Positions 19,290 through 28,105 of a stretch of DNA of 62,598 nt are shown here, one piece after another (position 1 is the stretch's first letter; each line of letters starts with the position of its first letter). The stretch covers positions 1-62,598 of IMG/VR virus record IMGVR_UViG_3300025316_000018; one strand, 5' to 3'. This DNA is from a virus. Its lineage: Duplodnaviria; Caudoviricetes. The notes beneath the pieces were generated by a model. The model had not been told where the DNA came from, ran no database searches, and saw only the letters and a list, made by a program, of their open reading frames with translations. The translations under genes were made by a program, and so were the position numbers.

Positions 19290-19559
19290 TCATTTCATAT
19301 CATCCTGTAAAAATTCATTATTCACATCATCGGTAAACATCCTAATGATGACCATTGCTTTCACAATATCATCATCACACACATTTGGGTATAGTGACAT
19401 AAGTTTACCAGCACCAACATTCATTAATTCATCATAGGTAAAATCTCTATGTTTATCTACATGCCAAAGTGACAGAAGTTGTTCACCTTTTGTCGAGGTA
19501 TCTGGCATCACGTTATAAAAACTGTACCATACTCCATCACTCCATCTTGAATAGCTCAT
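19290..19559 (-). CDS. hypothetical protein
   Basis: MSYSRW..WY pattern. Confidence 0.65.
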   Translation of the reverse strand: MSYSRWSDGVWYSFYNVMPDTSTKGEQLLSLWHVDKHRDFTYDELMNVGAGKLMSLYPNVCDDDIVKAMVIIRMFTDDVNNEFLQDDMK

Positions 19560-19618
19560 TTATTTTCTCACGTTTTCTATTATATAGTTTCTTCGTTTTA
19601 ACTATCTGCATTGCAAAT

Positions 19619-19840
19619 CTAGGTGTTCGGAGCGATTTTGCTACGGGATTCTTCATTGTTGTTCTCGCATGTTGTGTATCTATGCCGAGTACCTTTATCG
19701 TAATAAGCATATGTTTTGCAATTGTCCTTTTCGAAAAGGAGTTCAGGTTCTTGTGTAATCGGTGTTACTATAACAATGGCTATTAATGCAATATATAAAA
19801 GAAGCATCATTCCAACTAGGATATAATAACTATTCATCAT
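19619..19840 (-). CDS. small membrane/secreted protein
   Basis: N-terminal TM, LLFEKDNCKTY. Confidence 0.6.
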   Translation of the reverse strand: MMNSYYILVGMMLLLYIALIAIVIVTPITQEPELLFEKDNCKTYAYYDKGTRHRYTTCENNNEESRSKIAPNT

Positions 19841-20144
19841 TAGCCCAAGGTGGTGTCATATCGAACTTAGTTACAAAGGTGTCGATTTTGTGGTCATCAG
19901 ACCAGTCAGCACCAAATTCATTATCCTCATCTATAATCGTCAACGCTTCTTCGCTGGACACCACTCTGTGAGATATAATAGTTTCACCAAGATGCTTCTG
20001 TGAAAATTCGAAAGCTTCTTCCATCGTCACTGCATCTAATGCCCAGTCTTTGTTACCTAATGGAACTTCTATAAAATATCTCATACGGTATTGAGAAATA
20101 GCTTCTACTAATACTAATTCTAATTCTGTTGCGTAATCACTCAT
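19830..20144 (-). CDS. conserved phage hypothetical protein
   Basis: WALDAVTMEEA.EFSQKHLGETI. Confidence 0.7.
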   Translation of the reverse strand: MSDYATELELVLVEAISQYRMRYFIEVPLGNKDWALDAVTMEEAFEFSQKHLGETIISHRVVSSEEALTIIDEDNEFGADWSDDHKIDTFVTKFDMTPPWANDE

Positions 20145-20445
20145 AGTTACCTCCTAACTCTTCGATTGTTAATGCTTTGATGTCGTTGTTTAATCGCTCA
20201 TGGAATCGTTCTTCTCCGGTATCACCCGATAATAACCAATCAACTTCATGCGCATAAATTTGTGCTAAACGCAGGTGACTAATCGCATCCCTGAATTCAT
20301 TAATGGTTTCCGCTGAATATCCTCTACCTAGTGTATCACCCCAACGATTAAGCTCTTCGCTATCATTGTTATGAATAATTTCTTGAATAGCATCAGCAAT
20401 ATTACCCATTTTGAATTGGTCGTAATTAAAATGTCCGCCGCTCAT
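20137..20445 (-). CDS. conserved phage hypothetical protein
   Basis: MSGGHFNY..VDWLLSGD.GEE. Confidence 0.75.
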   Translation of the reverse strand: MSGGHFNYDQFKMGNIADAIQEIIHNNDSEELNRWGDTLGRGYSAETINEFRDAISHLRLAQIYAHEVDWLLSGDTGEERFHERLNNDIKALTIEELGGNYE

Positions 20446-20446
20446 G

Positions 20447-20713
20447 TTAGCCTCCTTGATGCCATGTTGGATCCATCTTGTCTGGATTTCGTGCTACTGA
20501 TCCACAGGATTCTGAACCATCATATACTAGCGGGAAATATGCGTAATCATGCGTCCATGCAGTAAATGGTGCTCCTTCTATACCACCATAGCCGTTATCG
20601 AATTCTATATCCAATTCTTCATTGGTCAATGTGCAAACAAACTGACCAATTTCTCGATCATCATTGCTGGCCATCTCTTCTTCTATCATTTTACGCCAAG
20701 TTGTATAGCTCAT
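20447..20713 (-). CDS. conserved phage hypothetical protein
   Basis: FDNGYGGIEG.PFTAWT..YDGSE. Confidence 0.7.
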   Translation of the reverse strand: MSYTTWRKMIEEEMASNDDREIGQFVCTLTNEELDIEFDNGYGGIEGAPFTAWTHDYAYFPLVYDGSESCGSVARNPDKMDPTWHQGG

Positions 20714-20775
20714 AATATCTCTCTTTTCGTTGAATATAAGTAATTGTATCAACATCTCTTCTACTTGTCAACACT

Positions 20776-21096
20776 ATGTATAAATTAAAAGCACCAGACC
20801 CAAAGGTACTATATAACCGACTAAAATCTTCGGCAAAGAAACGCGGGATTGATTTTGATTTAACTGTATTAGATTTGTATGAGATAAGTTATCCTATCAC
20901 ATGTCCAATTTCTGGGGTAGCAATGCATTGGTACACATCTCAGCAACCAAACAGCTATAGTTTTGATCGAATAGACTCCAGGAAAGGATATTCTATTGAT
21001 AATTTGATAGTGGTATCGTGGAGAGCAAACAGACTAAAGTCCGATGCCACACACGAGGAGTTAAAGCAGCTGCACGATTTCTATAATGCTACTTAA
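20776..21096 (+). CDS. small HNH-like endonuclease
   Basis: SAKKRGIDFDLT, CPI, SFDRIDSRKGYSIDN..VSWRANRLK. Confidence 0.75.
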   Translation: MYKLKAPDPKVLYNRLKSSAKKRGIDFDLTVLDLYEISYPITCPISGVAMHWYTSQQPNSYSFDRIDSRKGYSIDNLIVVSWRANRLKSDATHEELKQLHDFYNAT

Positions 21097-21149
21097 CAGA
21101 TTTCTTCTTTGAGTCGAATATCCCTTTGAATATACCATTATCAAAATTA

Positions 21150-21386
21150 TCATTGTACATGGATTGTACCATCTTTATATATCACGCCCAGATCAATTAT
21201 AGCACAGGATGGAATTGAATCATCGAAAGTTTCCAGAAATATTTCGGATGATTCAATTGGAACAATTTCGAGTTCTTCTGATGCTATTAGTTTAGAATAC
21301 AATGACAATGTTACTGTATCATCTAATTTACGCGAGATACCCCGTCGTTCAGGGCGGGGTGATTGACTACTGGGGAGTATTCTCAA
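21150..21386 (-). CDS. hypothetical protein
   Basis: ORF only. Confidence 0.4.
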   Translation of the reverse strand: MRILPSSQSPRPERRGISRKLDDTVTLSLYSKLIASEELEIVPIESSEIFLETFDDSIPSCAIIDLGVIYKDGTIHVQ

Positions 21387-21404
21387 TTCTACATTCTATA
21401 TATA

Positions 21405-21704
21405 CTATTTGTTATCACATAAAGCATTTTCTGGTAACGCACAGTACATCACCTTGTTGATCACCATGTACATCACCGATACTAATTTAAGACCATCTGC
21501 ATCACGACTCAATAATTGTGCGTTTACCGCTACATCACCTGAGCTATTGAACCGCACACCATTTATATGATGACCAATCAAATCTGTTCTGGCATTGAGT
21601 GTGGCATTAACTAAACCAGTAGCATATTCCAGCTCGTTCTGTCTGCCTAGATTACTGAACATTGCACTCCCTCTTCCATAGTGCTGTGCGGTTATTTGGT
21701 TCAT
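21405..21704 (-). CDS. hypothetical protein
   Basis: ORF only. Confidence 0.5.
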   Translation of the reverse strand: MNQITAQHYGRGSAMFSNLGRQNELEYATGLVNATLNARTDLIGHHINGVRFNSSGDVAVNAQLLSRDADGLKLVSVMYMVINKVMYCALPENALCDNK

Positions 21705-21864
21705 AGCATTGTTGTAAACCAGCCTTAACAGCTATTTCCATTCCGCTCTTCTCTACACTGCCAATTTCATACGCGATGAACATAACAACAGCAGCAAATA
21801 TAGCAACAAAAACCATAACACAGAACTCACCATCGTCCATAAATTTCAATACAATTTCTTTCAT
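21652..21864 (-). CDS. small membrane protein
   Basis: GAGG RBS; TM; KAGLQQC. Confidence 0.6.
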   Translation of the reverse strand: MKEIVLKFMDDGEFCVMVFVAIFAAVVMFIAYEIGSVEKSGMEIAVKAGLQQCYEPNNRTALWKRECNVQ

Positions 21865-21948
21865 TCGATTTCCTCGTTAAGATTATAATACCATTCCTGA
21901 AAGTCAGAGAATGTCCATTGTCCCGTTCTAACGAGACAGAAAACTTGT

Positions 21949-22614
21949 TCAAGCGTCATGTTGTTTCCTAAAGTGTTTGAATGTTTGTCTATATTCTTTT
22001 ATGAATGGTTTCAATAATTTGGTGTCAATACCAAAATCCTTGCGTAATTCCTTCTTCTTGCTCGTGCTCATATATGCTTGGATTTCGTCATCAATAACGT
22101 GATCAGCATAACCCAATGCAGTTAGCGCACGTACCATGCTACGATATTCAGTGAGTCGACTATAAAATCTGGCGGTGATTTGATCCATTTTAATCATGTA
22201 GTCTTCATCAAGATAATACATTGCATGTGCCAGCTCATGATCGAGTGCGGAATTATCATCTAGGCATCCAATGATGTAAAAATTGTCATGGATACATATA
22301 TTTCCTATTTTAGTATACAGATCTGACTCATGATGTGTGAATTGTGGGTTTCCATAAATTTCTCTTATACTATCAACCCAATCATAATACGTTTCAGAAC
22401 TAAAATTGAATCCATCAAAATATGAATAATAAGATATATTTCCGTTGTCATCCATCTGAGAATTGATCAAATCATAGAAAGTGAAGGATTTCCCTCTTAT
22501 GTGCTCATTGCTATTTTCAAAAAACTCTTGGCAACGTGTCATGGATAACGTAAGGTCTTTACGATTATCAAATGTGAATAAAACCGTGTTAGTAATTGGG
22601 TGTGATATTTTCAT
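21949..22614 (-). CDS. hypothetical protein with HExxH motif
   Basis: RCQEFFE, HELAHAMYY, DDEIQAY. Confidence 0.75.
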   Translation of the reverse strand: MKISHPITNTVLFTFDNRKDLTLSMTRCQEFFENSNEHIRGKSFTFYDLINSQMDDNGNISYYSYFDGFNFSSETYYDWVDSIREIYGNPQFTHHESDLYTKIGNICIHDNFYIIGCLDDNSALDHELAHAMYYLDEDYMIKMDQITARFYSRLTEYRSMVRALTALGYADHVIDDEIQAYMSTSKKKELRKDFGIDTKLLKPFIKEYRQTFKHFRKQHDA

Positions 22615-22633
22615 ATGATTCTACACTAGTAAC

Positions 22634-22710
22634 TGGGGGATCTGTTCGGGTATGATCCGAAACTCTCAACCGTTATGAGCGGTGTGTTTTACCAATTAAA
22701 CTACAGATCC
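22634..22710 (-). tRNA. tRNA with CAT anticodon (Met or Ile2), atypical T-loop
   Basis: GGATCTG/CAGATCC acceptor, ACCG-CTCATAA-CGGT, TTCGG-ATCATAC-CCGAA, CCA end. Confidence 0.75.
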
Positions 22711-22810
22711 AAAATTAGAGACACAGGTCAGGGACTTTTACCCACCATTTTATCAAGCGATGTGCCAACGCTTGTGGTGCTTACTTTTCGGTTAATTACT
22801 CCGATTAATT

Positions 22811-22884
22811 TGGAGCCAATACTCAGAATCAAACTGAGGTCTAAAGATTACAAGTCAATTGTATTATCACTATACTATATCGGC
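22811..22884 (-). tRNA. tRNA-Thr(TGT), degenerate
   Basis: GCCGATA/TATTGGC acceptor, CTTGTAA loop, CTCAG/CTGAG T-stem, CCA; two U-U mismatches in anticodon stem. Confidence 0.65.
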
Positions 22885-22890
22885 ATTAAT

Positions 22891-23087
22891 TCCATTTGTT
22901 AATGTTACTATGTTATGAGATACGCTCAACCGTACCTGTTTGCTTTTAACTTCCACTGCTTACTGTATAAGGTGATCAACCTCGTCTCGTCAGTGTCAAA
23001 CTCGCTAACCTTGATAGTCGACATCCAGTTAGTTTAAAGTGCATTATCCGATACACGGATTTTTCCATAATAACATTAACAAATGGA
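22891..23087 (-). ncRNA. candidate structured ncRNA closed by a 22-bp stem
   Basis: 22891-22912 pairs with 23066-23087 (one G-U on minus strand); several internal hairpins; no convincing ORF. Confidence 0.55.
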
Positions 23088-23282
23088 GTGCCGTCTTCAA
23101 CCTCTTTACAGTCTTATGACTTACGGCATTGCCAATCCTCGCACATGTTTTTAGTATGAGCAATAATAAGTGCTTTCTACCACTATGCGTCCATAATGTT
23201 TCGACTTTCAGCATTGCCGTACCACCCGATGTGTGCATAGTTTAGAGGCATGGATGGTAAATTAGTTATAAAGTGGACATTT

Positions 23283-23354
23283 CTCCATTTCCTAGAATCG
23301 AACTAGGCTCACACGGAGTAACAATCCGGCTGCACACCTTGTGCATTAAATGAA
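23283..23354 (-). tRNA. tRNA-Asn(GTT)-like, no encoded CCA
   Basis: TTCATTT/AAATGGA-G acceptor, CGGA-TTGTTAC-TCCG, CCTAG-TTCGATT-CTAGG; atypical D-arm. Confidence 0.6.
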
Positions 23355-23679
23355 GAAATCTCGTTCTTCAATCTCGTACACAGAGCTGATTAAGTTAGTC
23401 GATGATTATGACTCAATAAACGTTATCGTGCTTTAAGCACTTTCATACGATTAAAGATTTTATCTTTGTCACGACCACGGCTCGTGGTATCGAACAATTT
23501 TTCCAGTTGTTCAAGACTATATAGCTTAATACGATTTCTACCAGCAATAGTTGTTTTCGGTGTTCTAATTCTATTCTTCATCGTCATCCTCATAATAAAA
23601 CATATAGGTAACAGCCAACATGATCGTTACCGCCATAACTCGCTGTACCAATTCAAGATCCATTATACCACCTAATTAT

Positions 23680-23874
23680 CTATGCGTCAAGTTTAATGGC
23701 GTTATACACTTCCATTGCTGATTCATACTCTGTTAGAAAAAACTCGGCAAAATCTTCTCTGGACATGGATGATTTATTTTCCATAAAATCTTGCACATCC
23801 ATATTAACCACATACTTAGCCCAAGGTTTAAGTGTTTGTTCATTTAGAATCAATTCAACTGTATCAATTATCAT
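23680..23874 (-). CDS. hypothetical protein
   Basis: GGAG RBS. Confidence 0.55.
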   Translation of the reverse strand: MIIDTVELILNEQTLKPWAKYVVNMDVQDFMENKSSMSREDFAEFFLTEYESAMEVYNAIKLDA

Positions 23875-24035
23875 TTATGCTCCATACATAAAAAGTGTTA
23901 TCATGATCATTGCAAACACTGTCACATATACAATAGACATGTTCACTGATGGTGGTTTAACTGGTTCTGGTTCTATTTGTAGATATAGAGGTTGTGTCGG
24001 TCGTAATGGACAATTTCTGTTCTTGTTGCTGGGTT

Positions 24036-24407
24036 TCACTTTGGTTTCCCTATAATGCTAATGTCTAAAGAATTGTATCTTTCGTCTAAGTTGTAATAAA
24101 TGTGTCCTAGTTCATCAAACTGTGATTCTGTCACTAAACTGTGGTACTGTGAGTCGAGTTCACTTTTTATTTGTATGATAGTTTCACCTAGTAAAGATGG
24201 ATGTGCCTTCCGTAACAGTTGCATAATTCTTGTTGATTCATCATTCTTTTCCAGACACCGATTAAATATTCTATTTAAGTGATGACAAGCAATAGCAAGA
24301 TCGTCTGCGGTTTGTAAATGTTCTTCTATGTTCACCAATTTTTCCTGTGTAATAATTGTATATATGTCAAAATAAACCATCCAGAAGTGCACTTTTTGTG
24401 CCACCAC
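24036..24407 (-). CDS. hypothetical protein (start uncertain)
   Basis: ORF; start may be GTG 24335. Confidence 0.5.
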   Translation of the reverse strand: MVAQKVHFWMVYFDIYTIITQEKLVNIEEHLQTADDLAIACHHLNRIFNRCLEKNDESTRIMQLLRKAHPSLLGETIIQIKSELDSQYHSLVTESQFDELGHIYYNLDERYNSLDISIIGKPK

Positions 24408-24450
24408 GTCATCGGTATCTGCGTCAATTTAACATAGCTGGTATTTCATA

Positions 24451-24828
24451 TTAGTTAAGGTACGCTTTTATTTCATCGTTGGTTAATGGTTTTGCGGAAG
24501 TCCAGTAATCAGTATTAATACAGACAAAGTGTTCTCCATCAAATCTTTTAATTATGTTAATAATATCTGAGTTTTTACCAACCCAACATAACCGACCATG
24601 TTCTGGGATAGTATCATACCACGGTGGTGAGTCTGTATAACTGAACTTGTCGGTCGCCCATTCTTTGATAACTATATCAGATATTCTGTTCAGCAAATTC
24701 TCTCTAACCATTATTTGTGCTTCAAGTTCTAGTGTATCCTTAAAATGTGTACAATTCTGTTCTTCTAATGTTTCCACCATTCTCTTCAGACGAGCAATTT
24801 CCGTTTGAGCTACTATGTTAGCGTTCAC
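24451..24828 (-). CDS. hypothetical protein
   Basis: GTGA coupling; WYDTIPEHGRLCWV..AKPLTNDEI. Confidence 0.65.
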   Translation of the reverse strand: MNANIVAQTEIARLKRMVETLEEQNCTHFKDTLELEAQIMVRENLLNRISDIVIKEWATDKFSYTDSPPWYDTIPEHGRLCWVGKNSDIINIIKRFDGEHFVCINTDYWTSAKPLTNDEIKAYLN

Positions 24829-25109
24829 TTCAAAACCTCGATGATTTCGATGCACAAATCAAATTGTTCTTCGGGTGTGTTCTTTTCATTGATAGCTAAT
24901 TCGACAATCTTTCTCAATGAATTGATCTTTAGTTTATTATCTAATTTGTTTTCCACTACATAATCGTTCATGTATTGTACAACATCATTGGTGAATTCTT
25001 GTACAAGGTAATCATTACGGTTCGCCCACGCATCGAACGCTGCACGATCAGTTTTATAGTTTGCGTAAGGTAGGTTATTTGTGTATTTGCTAAAATCTAT
25101 TGGTGTCAT
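24825..25109 (-). CDS. hypothetical protein
   Basis: downstream of a sigma70 promoter. Confidence 0.65.
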   Translation of the reverse strand: MTPIDFSKYTNNLPYANYKTDRAAFDAWANRNDYLVQEFTNDVVQYMNDYVVENKLDNKLKINSLRKIVELAINEKNTPEEQFDLCIEIIEVLK

Positions 25110-25137
25110 AAGTTTCTCATTAATTTAAGTTCGAGTA

Positions 25138-25167
25138 ATTGTATCACGTTATTTTGTACTGTGTCAA
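25138..25167 (-). promoter_or_regulatory. sigma70-type promoter
   Basis: TTGACA-18-TACAAT with TG extension. Confidence 0.55.
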
Positions 25168-25186
25168 ATATTATTCATTAATACGT

Positions 25187-25363
25187 TCATAATTTATCAC
25201 CAGCATAATACTCATGATCCCACCTTTTACGTGAAGCAATGACTTTATAATCTTTGCACTTATTTTTACATACTACCCGTGTGCCGATTGATGAATGATA
25301 AAATCTCACATCACTTCCGCAATCTGGACATTTTTCGGGTGTGTTTTTACTCTGAATCATCAT
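25187..25363 (-). CDS. small zinc-ribbon protein
   Basis: CPDC..CKNKC. Confidence 0.5.
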   Translation of the reverse strand: MMIQSKNTPEKCPDCGSDVRFYHSSIGTRVVCKNKCKDYKVIASRKRWDHEYYAGDKL

Positions 25364-25778
25364 AAACACCAACCCTAGATTTGTACTTCTCATACCACCT
25401 GATACCCATTTTAAACATATGCACACCGTATGGTGTTGGGTCATGACCAGCGGTTACAGCCGAGATTTCATCATCGGTCATCCGTTCTGGTTTTGATGGT
25501 GACCATTCTTCAACTGCACAAATAGCATCTTCCAGCAGTATCAAATACTCACCTTCGTCAGTCCTAAGCATTTCAGTATCGTACAAGCTCTGAAAGTGAT
25601 CTATTAGATTTACTTTCCAAGCCACAGGCTCTTGCGTGACCATGTTCCCGACATCAGGAATATGCTCAGGTTGGGCGAGGAGTTCTTGTATTTCATCCAC
25701 AAGATCAGAAGATTGTTTTAAATCAAAAACTAACAGTTGCACAGCGACTCTTGCTAACAACTCTCTTTCTTTACTCAT
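25347..25778 (-). CDS. MSKERELL/LAQPE family protein
   Basis: MSKERELL...ELLAQPEHIPDVGNMVTQEPVAW. Confidence 0.75.
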   Translation of the reverse strand: MSKERELLARVAVQLLVFDLKQSSDLVDEIQELLAQPEHIPDVGNMVTQEPVAWKVNLIDHFQSLYDTEMLRTDEGEYLILLEDAICAVEEWSPSKPERMTDDEISAVTAGHDPTPYGVHMFKMGIRWYEKYKSRVGVYDDSE

Positions 25779-26070
25779 TCCACACCTCTCTTGTTTTAAG
25801 CATTGCGTCTGCACACTTATAGGCAAATTTGGAAACAGAATCAATACCACATTCATCGCTAGCTAATAACCCTTGCATAGCCAAGCCTGCAAAGTGGTCT
25901 CGTAAATCTTGCTCGTCCAACTGTAAGCTATCAGTTGACAGTTCAGGTTGGGCAAGTCGATTTGTTAGATGGTCTATTTCATTCAGCAGTGCCTTCTTTT
26001 CATTTTCCCAATACACAGGCTCTTGCGTGACCATGTTCCCGACATCAGGAATATGCTCAGGTTGGGCGAG
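25623..26070. repeat. 57-bp exact direct repeat (25623-25679 and 26014-26070)
   Basis: encodes LAQPEHIPDVGNMVTQEPV in two adjacent genes. Confidence 0.9.
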
Positions 26071-26259
26071 TCTTACTCCAGCATCATATCCATCGCGCCA
26101 CATTTCTATCAGTCGTTCCCCCGGTAAAGGAAATTGCTCAGTCTGCTCAGGTTGGGCAAGTAGTTCTGTTATCTCTTTGTGTAGATTTAATGCTTCTTCT
26201 GAAGCATGAGGTTGCAAAAATATTAGCGCCCACTCCAACAACTCTCTTTCTTTAATCAT
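25771..26259 (-). CDS. MSKERELL/LAQPE family protein with three LAQPE anchors
   Basis: MIKERELL; ends with LRDHFAGLAMQGLLA..AYKCADAML module. Confidence 0.78.
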   Translation of the reverse strand: MIKERELLEWALIFLQPHASEEALNLHKEITELLAQPEQTEQFPLPGERLIEMWRDGYDAGVRLAQPEHIPDVGNMVTQEPVYWENEKKALLNEIDHLTNRLAQPELSTDSLQLDEQDLRDHFAGLAMQGLLASDECGIDSVSKFAYKCADAMLKTREVWNE

Positions 26260-26473
26260 CTTGATCTACCCCATACATCATCATTACTTTGTTCTTAATG
26301 GTTGTTATTTCCCCATCATTAAGCGGATAACCTATTGGCATTTGATGATCTATGTCAACTACGCGTTTGTCAGAAATAGCTTTAAGTCTTAGCACAAAAT
26401 CTGTGTTTTCATCTTCGCCATAAACGTTAATTAATCTTCCAACCATCCAGTTTAGAAATTTGCCATCGTTCAC
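26252..26473 (-). CDS. hypothetical protein
   Basis: FLNWMVGRLINVYGEDENTDF. Confidence 0.65.
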   Translation of the reverse strand: MNDGKFLNWMVGRLINVYGEDENTDFVLRLKAISDKRVVDIDHQMPIGYPLNDGEITTIKNKVMMMYGVDQDD

Positions 26474-26772
26474 TTATCTACTCCCAAGTAAAGTGGTCGC
26501 ACAAGATCTGGGCGTTTTAAGCTTTCGCTGTCTTTTGCGTACTCATCAGCTTCACGCCTCATCTGAAATACCATATTTGTATATCCTCCCCCTTCATAAT
26601 TTCTAGTCCACATCCAAGCCATTGGTTCTTGCTCTTGCTCAGGCTGGGATAGCACTTCTTGTAGTGTATCAGCTAAGTCAGCAGGTAAACACTCACCATA
26701 TATTCTGCTGTACTTATCTATTTCTTCGAGCAACAGCCTTTCTCTATTTACCACCTCTTTTCCTTTACTCAT
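26470..26772 (-). CDS. divergent LAQPE family protein
   Basis: ERLLLE..VLSQPEQEQEPMAW..VRPLY. Confidence 0.7.
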   Translation of the reverse strand: MSKGKEVVNRERLLLEEIDKYSRIYGECLPADLADTLQEVLSQPEQEQEPMAWMWTRNYEGGGYTNMVFQMRREADEYAKDSESLKRPDLVRPLYLGVDK

Positions 26773-26949
26773 ACTTTCACCCATTCACAAGCAAAACAAA
26801 CTTTCATCATCCACTGCACAAATCTATTAGGCTCATTGCCTTTTATTGGTACATATATTAAACCATTCGTACCTTTATGGCTACCAAACATATAGCACTT
26901 CCAGTCTGACATTTGTGGTAGTGATAATTCATATTTCACTTCGTTCATA

Positions 26950-27750
26950 TTAACCCACCATCACGTAAGTGCTAAGGTTTTTCCAGTCGTTGTCCACGTT
27001 TGCCGCACGAATATTTGTCACCTGTATCATAGTTCTTAGTGTTAGTTCTTTCACCTTGTACATCAGTTTGGTGATAAGTTCTAGTGCGTCAGTTTTATGT
27101 TCAATTGAATGCTCAGGCATGAAGTATTCGGACTCTAATAATGATTGCATACGTTCGATCTTCTCCATAGTAGTCATGGTAACATCGACACACATAGACC
27201 GTGATCTTACAGCCTGATCTATACTCATCATAGACATGTTAGAAATAAATATTACACGACCAGTAAACTTGAACGATGATGGTAATGATTCATCTTTGAT
27301 AGAACTGTTCCAAGAAATGATACGCTCATCGTATGAATCCAGACAACCCTTGAGCAGATTAATTGCTGTGGCATCCTTTAGTACAGAATCACAGTCATCC
27401 ATCACAATAACCGAGTTACGATTCTCAAAAAGTGTCTTATATAGTCCTTTCGCTGTGCTATAACCTTTAATAATCCTGAACAGTTTATACTCAGGAAAGT
27501 CATTAACATTCAGATCAAAGTCACCACTAATGTCTTCGTAACCTTCTTCGGTTAATGTCTGCTTAACAGCGTATGATTTACCAAGACCACCACTACCACA
27601 AATTATAGCAGAGTTTTGTTCCGCTCGTGCCACCATTGCTATTGTGCTGTGAATAAATTTAAACCTCTCCCCAATAGAGAATTGTGATGGCTCTTGTATA
27701 GTTGGTTCAATGTTCTTACGTGTATAGGTGCGTTTGATTCTATCTGTCAT
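26950..27750 (-). CDS. AAA+ ATPase
   Basis: Walker A GSGGLGKS, Walker B IVMDDCD, IFISN, AVRSR. Confidence 0.85.
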   Translation of the reverse strand: MTDRIKRTYTRKNIEPTIQEPSQFSIGERFKFIHSTIAMVARAEQNSAIICGSGGLGKSYAVKQTLTEEGYEDISGDFDLNVNDFPEYKLFRIIKGYSTAKGLYKTLFENRNSVIVMDDCDSVLKDATAINLLKGCLDSYDERIISWNSSIKDESLPSSFKFTGRVIFISNMSMMSIDQAVRSRSMCVDVTMTTMEKIERMQSLLESEYFMPEHSIEHKTDALELITKLMYKVKELTLRTMIQVTNIRAANVDNDWKNLSTYVMVG

Positions 27751-27769
27751 AATTTATCTCGGCTCAATT

Positions 27770-28105
27770 TTATCTTAATGACTTGTGTAGGTCGTTAGCG
27801 AACTTCATACCTTCGAGATATGCAACCTGTATCTTTTGTGCTGAGTCATTGGGTTTAATATACTTTCGTATGATGTCGGCAAAGTTTTCGACCATACTAT
27901 CATTACAGAAACCTTTTATAAATGAATCCGCTATTTCATTAGCACAATCCATTGCTTTGTCGTTTGTTGGTTTCTTTTTACAAGATTTAACACCATCATG
28001 ATACACCTCATTAGCAAACTGCTCTAACTGTTCCATGTATGATTTATTACTAACTATACCATACTTTGTTGCTAGTTCTACTACTCTACTACTAATACCG
28101 CTCAT
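27770..28105 (-). CDS. hypothetical protein
   Basis: operon packing. Confidence 0.6.
   Translation of the reverse strand: MSGISSRVVELATKYGIVSNKSYMEQLEQFANEVYHDGVKSCKKKPTNDKAMDCANEIADSFIKGFCNDSMVENFADIIRKYIKPNDSAQKIQVAYLEGMKFANDLHKSLR

Noticed and set aside
22714-22808. glnA glutamine riboswitch
   Set aside because: Only AAGUAAG resembles it; the P1 and 3' consensus are missing and no CDS follows
22675-23238. ORFs overlapping the tRNA cluster
   Set aside because: They overlap tRNAs or structured RNA and lack RBS
22891-23262. tmRNA, hammerhead or retron assignment
   Set aside because: No tmRNA acceptor/CCA end; CUGACGA is not followed by stem II and GAAA; no reverse transcriptase in the window
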